Shown in pieces: positions 30,781-39,705 of a stretch of 64,000 bases of DNA. This DNA is from a candidate division Zixibacteria bacterium SM23_81 (GTDB taxonomy: Bacteria > SM23-81): assembly GCA_001304015.1 (NCBI GenBank), contig LJUY01000007.1, positions 10,314-74,313 on the forward strand, read 5' to 3'. A program made the translations under genes and the position numbers. The first letter of the stretch is position 1. Each line of letters opens with the position of its first letter. Under the pieces are notes generated by a model that saw only the letters and a program-made list of their open reading frames with translations, was not told where the DNA came from and searched no databases.

Positions 30781-31031
30781 TGCTCCAGATCGACGATGAT
30801 CTTTTTCGCCATTCCAAAGCCGATGGCCGCTTGGGTGTTACCCATGCCGATGGTAACGGGACCGCGCAACAGCTGGGAGCTCTTCTTGGTGATCTTCGCT
30901 CCAGGGCGAATTCCAAGAGCGCCCAAGCGCGCTTTCACTCTCTGGCCGCCATTGATCTCGGTGACGGTTCCTCGATCTCCCGATTTCATCATGGTCAAAT
31001 TCACTCTTTCCATGTGAACCTCACGTTTCAA
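30777..31031 (-). CDS. feoA: Ferrous iron transport protein A
   Basis: RLGALGIRPGAKI, GPV, AIGFGMAKKI; adjacent to feoB. Confidence 0.92.
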   Translation of the reverse strand: MKREVHMERVNLTMMKSGDRGTVTEINGGQRVKARLGALGIRPGAKITKKSSQLLRGPVTIGMGNTQAAIGFGMAKKIIVDLEQ

Positions 31032-31055
31032 AAGCCGGTGGATATGCCCCGTTTG

Positions 31056-31502
31056 TCAATGTCGGCGGCATTTTTCGCAATAACCATACAGCTCTAACTT
31101 GTGCTGCAGTACAGTGAAGTTATTATTCTCGGCCACCTCTTTCTGTAGCTCCTCGATTTTTTGGTTCTGGAACTCGATGATGGCCCCACAGTTAACGCAA
31201 ATTAAGTGATCGTGGTGTCTTCCCCCAGCGACCGGCTCGTAGCGGGTAATGCCGTCTCCGAATTCCCGTTGACTGGCAAGGCCCGCTTCCACCAATAATT
31301 TTAAAGTGCGGTAGATGGTGGAGAGGCCCATCTCCGGATGGCCCTTCTGAATCAGCCGATACAGCTCCTCGGCGCTGAGGTGACGTGTGGAGTCCAGAAA
31401 AGTTTGGGCAATTTCCTCTCGCTGGTGGGTCACCTTTAGCCCTCTGTGTCGCAAATAATCACGTAATGTGCCAGCTTTACCCATGGCCCTCTCGAATGCC
31501 AA
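31056..31502 (-). CDS. fur: Fur-family transcriptional regulator
   Basis: HLSAEELY, STIYRTLKLL, HHDHLICVNCG, YGYCEKC. Confidence 0.94.
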   Translation of the reverse strand: MAFERAMGKAGTLRDYLRHRGLKVTHQREEIAQTFLDSTRHLSAEELYRLIQKGHPEMGLSTIYRTLKLLVEAGLASQREFGDGITRYEPVAGGRHHDHLICVNCGAIIEFQNQKIEELQKEVAENNNFTVLQHKLELYGYCEKCRRH

Positions 31503-31555
31503 TTTTGATTTTGATTTTCAATTTCAATCATATCGTTTTTTCTCTTCTTTGTCAA
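31501..31555 (-). promoter_or_regulatory. Sigma70 promoter with adjoining Fur-box-like operator
   Basis: TTGACA (31555-31550)-17 nt-TATGAT (31532-31527), followed directly by TGAAATTGAAAATCAAAATCAA, resembling the 7-1-7 Fur box. Confidence 0.72.
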
Positions 31556-31607
31556 GGGGAAAATGTCAGGGCTTTGAGCCAATCTGAGAACTTCTTGCGT
31601 AGCTGTG

Positions 31608-31630
31608 AAAAAAGCGGGCAAAAAGCCCGC
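31608..31630 (-). terminator. Intrinsic terminator after the Kelch gene
   Basis: GCGGGC/GCCCGC stem with T6 on the minus strand. Confidence 0.6.
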
Positions 31631-31660
31631 CTTTAGTCTTCTCAGAAAGCCAGGCAAATT

Positions 31661-32958
31661 CTACCTGAGCAAAATCATCTTGATGGTTTCTACAGAACGG
31701 CCGCTCCTTAGTTGACAGAAGTAGATACCGCTTGCCGCCGGGCAACCATGGAGGTCCTGGCCGTTCCAGCTCACATGGTAGGCACCGGATGTTTGTTCCT
31801 CATCCACAAGAATCTTGGTTAATTGCCCATTGACGTTGTAGATTCTGATGGTCACCGGACCAGCCTGGGGCAATTGGTAGTTGATCCACGTGTCTGGGTT
31901 GAAGGGGTTGGGGTAGTTGGAGAAGAGCTGGAACGTTTTGGGCTGAGCATCGCTGAGGGGAGAGAATTCAACGGAAACAAGATAATCTCCACCACCAAAG
32001 ATCCAGGTATCATCGTCGTAGCCACTGGCTTCATCTCCTCCAAATAATATCGGGAGACTCGATCCGTCCATGCTGGTCTCGGAGAGCCGGTGGTAATTTC
32101 TCGCCGAAGGCTGGGTGGTATTGGCGTCTAGGGTCCAGCTTGTCTCTCCCAGATCGAAGATCCAGGTCTCATCGCTGCGCACGGCTCCGGGGAGCCTTCC
32201 GCCGAACAGAAGCACCTGATCTCCGCCGATGTAAGCCATATCAGAGGCCTGTCGCACCGAGGGTTTGGCAGAGGGACTGAGCTGGGTCCATGTGGTGTCT
32301 CCCAGATCAAAGACCCAGGTCTCATCGTCCTCAAACGTATCGTAGCCTCCAAACAGAAGCACCTGATCCCCGCCGATGAATGCCATAGCATGCATGCTTC
32401 GCCCCGAAGGTTGGGATGCAGGGCTGAGCTGGATCCATGTGGTGTCTCCCAGATCAAAGACCCAGGTCTCATCGTTCTTACCGGCAGCATCTTCCCCGCC
32501 AAACAGAAGCACCTGACCCTCTCCGATGTAGGCTAAAGAATGCATGTTTCGCGGCGATGGTTTGAGTACGGGGTTAAGGTGGGTCCATGCGGTGTCGCTC
32601 AGATCGAAGATCCAGGTCTCGTCATTCTTCCCAGCAGCTGTGAGCCCGCCAAACATGAGCACCTGATCCCCTCCGATATAAGCCACGGCATGAGTCAATC
32701 GCGCTGGGGGTTGGGATGTGGGGCTAAGCTGAACCCAGGTTGTATATCGCCCAGATCAAAAAACCAGGTATCGCCGAGGAAGGAGGTAAAGCCTCCGCCA
32801 AACAGAAGCACCTGATCCTCTCCGATGCAAGCCATATCATGCTGCGCACGTCTCGAGGGGTAAGAAGAGGGGAATACTTGAGTCCAGTCGTCAAGGGCAT
32901 ACGCTGCTCCAGCGAAGAGCAGGCAAGCCATGAATAGACTAAAAATGGCCATTTTCAT
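31661..32958 (-). pseudogene. Secreted Kelch-repeat beta-propeller with T9SS-type CTD, split by a 2-bp frameshift
   Basis: Two track ORFs (32695..32958 and 31661..32698) carry the same ~50-aa repeat IGGDQVLLFGG...DETWxFDLGDTTW. GATATACAACCTGG has an extra AT at ~32744-32747. Confidence 0.85.
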
Positions 32959-33274
32959 CGTTGGGACCTCCTTTCGTATCGTTTTGTTCTCAATCTTTTG
33001 CCTATAAATCTATGGGATGGTAATTTGATGTCAAGGTTTTTTTCTCTGATTGTGCAGAAACCTATGGTCGCGGGGCTGTTTTTTTCTTCGGGGATAAATG
33101 AGGGAGAGATTGAAGAGGTATGAGCTGTGACTTGTTTTTATGGAAAAACTAGGGGTCAAGGATAGAGGGTTGAGGCTTTAGGATTTGGGGGAAAAGCAAT
33201 ACTTGACCAGATTCTCAAAAAGGCACCAGAAAATCTTCAGAGTGATTGAGCCGGGATCCCTCACCCCTGTTCAC

Positions 33275-33898
33275 TCACAGATACCCCATGATCTTCAAAT
33301 GCTTGCGGATGAGCTCCTCTTCCTCAGCGCTATAGGGTGAGATACGGGCCTTAGGAATATACCCAAGAACTTCCAGGGTCATGAGGATCCGCTTTAGACC
33401 CTCTTCGGGCGATTCCTGATCCGTCTCTACGACGACCTCAGGCTTCAGGGGCGCCTCGTAGGGGTCATCGATGCCGGCCACATGTTTGATCTCACCAGCG
33501 GTGGCACGTGAGTATAGCCGGTTCTTGTCCCGCCTGCGAAGCTCCTCCAAGGAGCACTTACAGTAAACTTCGATGTAGGCGCCGAGCATTTTCCGATTGC
33601 GTTCTCGAGCCTCCCGGATGGGCGAGATGGCCACGGCGATGGCCGCCACACCGTTTTTGGCTAAAAGACGGCACACCTCACCCATGCGGCGGATGTTTTT
33701 TTCTCTATCCTTCAGAGAAAAGCCCAAACCCTCGCTGATGATTTTGCGGATCTCTTTGCCCTGGATGATCTCCGACCGAATGTCCCGGCCAACTAACGCA
33801 TGATCCAGCATCTCGGCCAGAGTGGTCTTGCCGGAACCAGAGAGGCCCGTGAACCATACCGTGAAAGCTTTCTTTTTCCCTTTCATATTGTTCCCCAA
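33275..33898 (-). CDS. cysC: Adenylyl-sulfate kinase-like protein (divergent)
   Basis: VWFTGLSGSGKTT, LGFS...DREKNIRR, AISP, GIDDPYEAP. Confidence 0.85.
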   Translation of the reverse strand: MGNNMKGKKKAFTVWFTGLSGSGKTTLAEMLDHALVGRDIRSEIIQGKEIRKIISEGLGFSLKDREKNIRRMGEVCRLLAKNGVAAIAVAISPIREARERNRKMLGAYIEVYCKCSLEELRRRDKNRLYSRATAGEIKHVAGIDDPYEAPLKPEVVVETDQESPEEGLKRILMTLEVLGYIPKARISPYSAEEEELIRKHLKIMGYL

Positions 33899-33902
33899 AG
33901 GG

Positions 33903-35306
33903 TTAATAAATCAGACCGATGAGAGGCCAATAAAGCTTCATCACCAGCATGAGCACCAATATGGCCGCCAGGTTCAGAAACATCCCTTTGCGAGCCACCT
34001 GGCTGATGCTGTAATAGCCCGCTGAAAATGAGATAGCGTTAGGAGGGCTGCCCATGGGGAGGCAGAAGGGCAGACCTGCCGGAATGGTAATGGCGAAAAC
34101 CATGAGGATCGGGGAGATGCCAAACTTGTTGGCAATTCCAAATCCCAAGGGTATTAAAACAGCAACAGCGGCTGTGTTGCTGATGGCCTCGGTGAGCAGA
34201 ATGCTGATGATGGCCAGTAGGACAAGAACTGCATAGACGGGAAGCTGCCCGAATGGCAAATAATTAATAAGCAGGTCCTCGATAGCTTTTGTCTCGGTGA
34301 GGGCCTTCCCGATGGCGATGGCTCCACCGTACATCACGACCACGCCCCAATTCACATAGTCCTCAATTTCCGCCCACCGTACGATCTTCAGGACAAAGAG
34401 CAGGACGGCGGCAAGAACGGAGATCTCTGCCAAGCCGATGTAATTGCCCAGGGTGATCCAACACAAGATAGTGCACAGGATAAGAAGTCCCATTCTTTTT
34501 TCCTGAGCGCTCATGGTGCCGATTCGTTCCAGCTCCGTACGTAAAAACAAGCTAGCCCTCTTCACGTCGGCGATGTCGATGCGGAAAAAGATGGACAATG
34601 CCAGCCATGCCAGGGGAACCATGAGGATCACCACAGGGATGGCCGCCTTCACCCATGTCAGGAAGCCAATGTTCAAGCCGTAGGCTTCCCGGAGCAGGCC
34701 CACGGCCAATGGCGCTCTGGCACCACCGAGAAAGGTTCCCACCCCTCCGATAATGGCGCCCCACGCCAGGCTGAGAAACAGCGCCTTGCCGTATTCGCTC
34801 TTGAGGGGGCGGAGATTCAATTGTAAGGAGACCTCGAGGACGATGGGAAACATCATGGCCGCCACGGCATGTTCCGGCATCCACAGGGCGAAGAAAGTGC
34901 ATGTCAGGAGGATTCCGAAAAGCAGAAAGCGCGGGCTACGGTCGAAACGCTCTAAAAAAAGAAGGGCTATGCGTTTGCTGAGCCCTGTTCTGATCATGGC
35001 CGCCGTAAGCATAAAGACGCCCATCAGGAAGAAGACGGCCTGGTTCCCGAAGAAGGAGAAAGCCCGACCGGGCTCCATGATGCCCAGAAGGGGAATGAGG
35101 ACGATGGCCAGCAGGCTGGTGGCCGCCAGGGGTATGAGATTGGTGACCCATAGAGCCAGGCAGAGGACGAAGATGGCCAGGGCATTTCGCCCGGGCTCGG
35201 TCAGCCCTTGTGGGGGAGACTGAGAGAGAAGGAGCAGCGCCAGAATTAGGGCGAAGGAAAAGATGGCCAGTTTTGCAAAGAAACTGGTTCGTCTCCGTGA
35301 GGCCAT
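33903..35306 (-). CDS. DASS/SLC13 sodium:sulfate or dicarboxylate symporter
   Basis: LWVTNLIPLAATSL, IGGVGTFLGG, EAISNTAAV, LPMGSPPNAI. Confidence 0.9.
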   Translation of the reverse strand: MASRRRTSFFAKLAIFSFALILALLLLSQSPPQGLTEPGRNALAIFVLCLALWVTNLIPLAATSLLAIVLIPLLGIMEPGRAFSFFGNQAVFFLMGVFMLTAAMIRTGLSKRIALLFLERFDRSPRFLLFGILLTCTFFALWMPEHAVAAMMFPIVLEVSLQLNLRPLKSEYGKALFLSLAWGAIIGGVGTFLGGARAPLAVGLLREAYGLNIGFLTWVKAAIPVVILMVPLAWLALSIFFRIDIADVKRASLFLRTELERIGTMSAQEKRMGLLILCTILCWITLGNYIGLAEISVLAAVLLFVLKIVRWAEIEDYVNWGVVVMYGGAIAIGKALTETKAIEDLLINYLPFGQLPVYAVLVLLAIISILLTEAISNTAAVAVLIPLGFGIANKFGISPILMVFAITIPAGLPFCLPMGSPPNAISFSAGYYSISQVARKGMFLNLAAILVLMLVMKLYWPLIGLIY

Positions 35307-35464
35307 GGGTGCCCTCAGATGATATCAGCAACTGGAGAGTAGGGGAGATTACTTCTCCAGAACCATTCTAATAATTCCCCAAATTAGCATAAGGTCGTAG
35401 TAAATGCAAGGGAAAAGGAATCTCGAATATCATTAGGCTCGGGACGCGTCCCCTGGATCTGGCT

Positions 35465-37693
35465 CTATTTTAAAAGGACCATCTTCCTGGTGCCGACGAA
35501 AGGGCCGACTCGAAGCACGTAGAAGTAAATGCCACTGCTTACCCGATGGTCCTCGTCATCCTGGCCATTCCAGGTCACCCTGTGGAAGCCCGGTGCCAAT
35601 GGAGCCTCAAGTAGGGTCCGGACTTGTTGTCCCAGGAGATTGTAAATCCTCAAGGTGGTCTGTTGGAGGCCCTCTCCGGGAAGGGCAAAGGTGATAGTGG
35701 TGGTGGGATTAAAGGGATTGGGGTAATTTTGGTGCAGAGTGAATACTCGCGGTAGGGGGAGCTCATCCTGGAGCGCTGACTCCACCGGGGTGAACAGGCC
35801 GAAGTAGCCCAAGACTCTACCCATGACGGCAGTACGATCGCTCTCGGGATAGACGGTCTCAAAAGGAAAACCCAGATAGACCAGCCGACCCTCTTGGTTT
35901 GATCGACCGAAAACGCCCTGATATTGAACTCCCGCCTTATAAGAGGTGCCTGAATAGACCAAGTTCACCACGCTGGCTCCCATCTCGGCGATGGCATCAG
36001 GCTTATTTTCCTCGTAGATCCCGTGGGTGCCGTCGTCGAAGGCGAAGTTCAGACCATCGAAGATGGTGCCGATAACGCCCTCTACGGTATTGGCCTCGGC
36101 GTCATCGGTGACATATTCGGCCTTCAAAATCTGATGGTAGAAGTCAGCGTCAGCCGTTGAGCCCAGCTCCACCAGATCGTAACCCACCTCTGATCCAGAC
36201 AGAAAGAAATTCCCTCCACCCTCTAGGTAAGTGGTCACTAAGCTCTGCTCGGTGGGGGTGAATGTGGAGTCCTCCTGGCCCTCGTCACCCAGGATCCAGA
36301 TGACGGCATGGTAGTCAGCCAGGGGAATGCTGTCTAGGACAGCCGCCTCGTTGGCGCAGCAATCGAAGGCTACCCCCAAAGCGTCAAGGGCTCTGGCGTG
36401 GCTGAAAGCAAAGGGATGAGACGGTTGCGTCCAGCTGTCGGAGGTGCGATCAAAACCGTCCACCAACAGGACCTTGGGTCCCACATCAGTGAGGCGAGTC
36501 CCATAGATGTCGGACTCAAGGCTCTCGTTGGGTATGGCCGCCGAGTCCACCGCGGTGAGCTTGAAGAAGAGAGAATGGTCGTTTTGGAAATCGGCCGTTA
36601 ACTGGGTGGTAGTATCCGGTAAGTCGTCCTCATCGTAGTTGCAGTACCAATTTATACCGTCATAGCTGTGATGGAGCCGGTATCCCTTCAAATCGGGCTC
36701 CTTGTTGGCCTGCCATGAGACCGTCAGGCTATTATCCCTCGTGCCCGTGACCGATTTCAACACCGGCGTCGCGGGGCGCTCCACATCCTGCTCGGCCACC
36801 TCCACCCACACGGTGGTGGTGTCCCAGTTATCCCTGGTGTCACAGCAATACACGGCCACCAGGTAGTGACCGGGGTCCACCCAGCGGGTGTCCCAGTAGC
36901 TGTCGTGAGAGATCTGATTGGTGACGATGTAGTAGTAGACAGAGGTGCTGGAGCCGGGGAAATACACGTTCGTGATGTAGGAGTCAGAGGGCTTGGTATC
37001 GAAGGTGAAGGGGAAATGAGGTCCCTCCACGGAGGTAGTGTCCTCGGCCGCAAAGACCTGCCATCCGATGGAGTAGACCCCGTTGTTGCCCCCGTATGTG
37101 CTCATGTCTGTCCGATCATAAGACCGTGACACGATGTCAACCAGGCCTGAGACCTTGGCTGTGGGAAACAGCTGGGTGGTACCATTCTCGTAGAAATTGA
37201 TGGTCTGAACCGTCGGTTTATAGGGATCCTCGAAGGGGTAGAGACCACCAGGCCTGAGGGCGTTGATGATGGTGGTCCCGGAAGCACCGCCACCATCCTT
37301 GAAGTGGATGTGGTTTTGATCATTGGTGGTTCCCACCACGTCCCCTTGCTGGATGGGGTCGCCCACATGGAGGTCTGGATGGGGATTGACGTGGACGTAG
37401 CAAAAACGTCCCACGCGTATATATGCGTTGGCCCCGGAGGGATCCACGGTCAGGACGGTGCCGTCAGCAACCGACAACACAGCCCCGCCATAACCCAGGG
37501 GGATGTCCGTCCCATCGTGAAAGTGGTCTCGGTCGCCGCGGCACTCGCCGAAGGTGGCCGAGACGTTATGCTGGACGTCCATGGGAGCTAAAGGCCAGGG
37601 ATACGTGGCCCCTGAGGAGGATGCCAGAACGAGGCTCCCTGCGCTGAGCGCCAGCAGGCTCAGGCAGAGGGCTGTCTTATTGATTGTGCGCAT
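35465..37693 (-). CDS. Secreted M23-family metallopeptidase with Fn3, GATase-like domain and T9SS-type CTD
   Basis: HFHDGTDI (HxxxD), NHIHF (HxH); Fn3 VSWQANKEPDLKGY; YLEGGGNFFLSGSE; QNYPNPFN...KMVLLK. Confidence 0.8.
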   Translation of the reverse strand: MRTINKTALCLSLLALSAGSLVLASSSGATYPWPLAPMDVQHNVSATFGECRGDRDHFHDGTDIPLGYGGAVLSVADGTVLTVDPSGANAYIRVGRFCYVHVNPHPDLHVGDPIQQGDVVGTTNDQNHIHFKDGGGASGTTIINALRPGGLYPFEDPYKPTVQTINFYENGTTQLFPTAKVSGLVDIVSRSYDRTDMSTYGGNNGVYSIGWQVFAAEDTTSVEGPHFPFTFDTKPSDSYITNVYFPGSSTSVYYYIVTNQISHDSYWDTRWVDPGHYLVAVYCCDTRDNWDTTTVWVEVAEQDVERPATPVLKSVTGTRDNSLTVSWQANKEPDLKGYRLHHSYDGINWYCNYDEDDLPDTTTQLTADFQNDHSLFFKLTAVDSAAIPNESLESDIYGTRLTDVGPKVLLVDGFDRTSDSWTQPSHPFAFSHARALDALGVAFDCCANEAAVLDSIPLADYHAVIWILGDEGQEDSTFTPTEQSLVTTYLEGGGNFFLSGSEVGYDLVELGSTADADFYHQILKAEYVTDDAEANTVEGVIGTIFDGLNFAFDDGTHGIYEENKPDAIAEMGASVVNLVYSGTSYKAGVQYQGVFGRSNQEGRLVYLGFPFETVYPESDRTAVMGRVLGYFGLFTPVESALQDELPLPRVFTLHQNYPNPFNPTTTITFALPGEGLQQTTLRIYNLLGQQVRTLLEAPLAPGFHRVTWNGQDDEDHRVSSGIYFYVLRVGPFVGTRKMVLLK

Positions 37694-38924
37694 AGATTAG
37701 ATACCTTTTGTCGAAGGCTAAAAGAAACCGGGAGTTCTCATCCAGAAATTTTGCAAGAGGTTGGAGGAATCTCTCCTCAGGGAACGTCTTCTCCCAGACC
37801 TGGTGACCTTCCTCATCGAAGAGCAAGATCTGTGGCGACTGGTAGACGAACTGGGGGCCATGGTATCTTCCTGGGGCCAGCTCAACAAGAGCAAGTTGTC
37901 CGTTGGGAGACAGGTCCAAAGCTCGTATCTGGCCCGCCTTGCTGGGCAGAAGGTGTTCCCATAAGAGCTGGCCCGTTTGGGTCTCCACCAGATGAATGGA
38001 GTTCTTCTGGCCTAAAAGGAGAAACCGTCCGTCAGAGGAGAAGTCTGCGTAGCGGAAGGGAAATTCGTATGTGTGCTGTAAATTTCCATCCAGGTCGTAG
38101 AGGTGCGTGGATCGCTCTACGGCGTTCAACCCTTTGACGGAGTGGCCCCCGGCCACAATGGCTTTGCCATCTGAGGAGATCTCAACCGCCATTGAGACCT
38201 CATGGGCTAACTCACGACGCCACATCTCTGTGCCCTGGTCGTCGAACAAAATCAGATAGCTATGTCCCCTTTCGCGTGGGGATAACTCGGTGCCCGGTCG
38301 AGCGTAATGTTTCAACGCATTGACGACAAAGTAGGTTCCATCTTCGGAAAAGGCACAGGCCACGGGGCGCTCCATCTCGGCCAAAGTTTTGGGGAAGAGA
38401 GAGGTCTTCTGGACCAGAGAGCCGGCCTGGTCGTAAAAAGAGAGAATTCCCTCCAGAGGTTCCACCATAACCAGCATCCCCAGATTGGAGAGATAGAAAC
38501 TGGGCATGGGCGTGTCAATCCCTAAGGATCGACTCAAAGACCAACGTTTCTTCCCCTGCCCATCGTAAAGGGTAAAAGTCAAAGCACTGGGAGATTCGAG
38601 CCTTTGATCGGAATCAGATAGCTCCTGAATCCCGACGAAATTGCCCTTTTTGGAGAGGAATACTATGGTGTTCTGGCCACGCTCCAGACGCGACAGGACT
38701 TGGCCGGATGAGGTCAGAAACTGCACAGACTTCTGTGCAGCCAACATGGCCGGCCTGTCGCCGGAAAAGCTGACGGTGCTCCAAGCCCCGGGCAGAGAGC
38801 CCTCGACGACCAGTTGGTAGGTCAGCTGCGCTGGTTGATTCCCTCGTCTGCCCAAGGCCATTGCCAAAGAAAATAGACTCATGACCAGGGCCAGAGAGAA
38901 CATGCAGGTGAGGATTTTTTTCAC
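37677..38924 (-). CDS. Secreted WD40/PQQ-like beta-propeller protein
   Basis: Repeats FSEDG, ISSDG, FSSDG, LSPNG with GxxxW. Likely GTG start 38924 after AGGAG; the track extension to 39038 overlaps the transposase. Confidence 0.7.
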   Translation of the reverse strand: MKKILTCMFSLALVMSLFSLAMALGRRGNQPAQLTYQLVVEGSLPGAWSTVSFSGDRPAMLAAQKSVQFLTSSGQVLSRLERGQNTIVFLSKKGNFVGIQELSDSDQRLESPSALTFTLYDGQGKKRWSLSRSLGIDTPMPSFYLSNLGMLVMVEPLEGILSFYDQAGSLVQKTSLFPKTLAEMERPVACAFSEDGTYFVVNALKHYARPGTELSPRERGHSYLILFDDQGTEMWRRELAHEVSMAVEISSDGKAIVAGGHSVKGLNAVERSTHLYDLDGNLQHTYEFPFRYADFSSDGRFLLLGQKNSIHLVETQTGQLLWEHLLPSKAGQIRALDLSPNGQLALVELAPGRYHGPQFVYQSPQILLFDEEGHQVWEKTFPEERFLQPLAKFLDENSRFLLAFDKRYLIYAHNQ

Positions 38925-38989
38925 GGATGACTCCTGTATAAGATGAGACCATAGAGAAGTCTTGAGGATTCGGGCATCGATCTTTTCAA

Positions 38990-39542
38990 CTAGAATTTTG
39001 ATTTCCAATTTTTGGGCTTTTCTTTGCCTCGTTCCCATTTCAAGGGGTTGTTCATGATATATTCGCGGAGTTCATTCAGATCGTGTTCGTTGGGGATGAC
39101 ATGTTCGTGGTAGTTACGTTGCCAAACAGCAGCACCATATGTGATTCGTAGTTCGTTGATCCGTTTGGTCACAGCAGATTTAAAGCCCCGAACGATAGCG
39201 CCTATGGTCTGCGAAGGGGATCGAAATTTATTTTGGATTGTAGGGGCGTATTGCAATACGCCCCTACAATTGATGAAAATTATTGCATGCACATGATTTG
39301 GCATAATGGCAAACCTGTCCAAGGCGATATTAATCCGTAAATTGGCCGTTTTCGTCAATTCATTTTCGACAATGCGACCGAATGAATTCAGTTGCATTTC
39401 GACATCCACGACATTGTCAATTGTCAAACAAGCATCTCTTATCAGGCGCACAAGCCGTGACGAAATAGGCGCCACTTTGGAAATAATCAAAACCTTTTAA
39501 CCGTAGCGAACGCCGATGCTGTCCGTTTGGATATTTTGGCAT
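38990..39542 (-). mobile_element. REP-associated tyrosine transposase (RAYT, Y1/HUH) pseudogene
   Basis: N-terminus MPKYPNGQHRRSLRLKGFDY...GAYFVT from ATG 39542 is in one frame; MPNHVH, GFKS and WQRNYHEH...YIMNNPLKW are in another. Junction is a tandem ATTGTCA duplication at 39413-39426. Confidence 0.87.
39237..39270. repeat. Perfect 34-bp palindrome (GTAG-type REP) inside the RAYT gene
   Basis: ATTGTAGGGGCGTATTG|CAATACGCCCCTACAAT. Confidence 0.9.
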
Positions 39543-39620
39543 GACGCTCTGAAGTGGGCTAGAAAGCCAGGCACCTATATCTTGAATCCTTGATTGTTTG
39601 GCTGCTTTGCTCTCATTTAC

Positions 39621-39649
39621 AAATTAACCACTCCTGTTGCCCTTGTCAA
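39621..39649 (-). promoter_or_regulatory. Sigma70-type promoter upstream of the RAYT/propeller/M23 genes
   Basis: TTGACA-17 nt-TAATTT on the minus strand. Confidence 0.55.
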
Positions 39650-39659
39650 GTCTTTCCAC

Positions 39660-39691
39660 AAAAAAGGGGAGAGAGCCAATGCCCTCTCCCC
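39660..39691 (-). terminator. Intrinsic terminator
   Basis: GGGGAGAG/CTCTCCCC stem plus T-run on the minus strand, 15 nt after the stop at 39706. Confidence 0.75.
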
Positions 39692-39705
39692 GTATCCTCA
39701 GGGAC

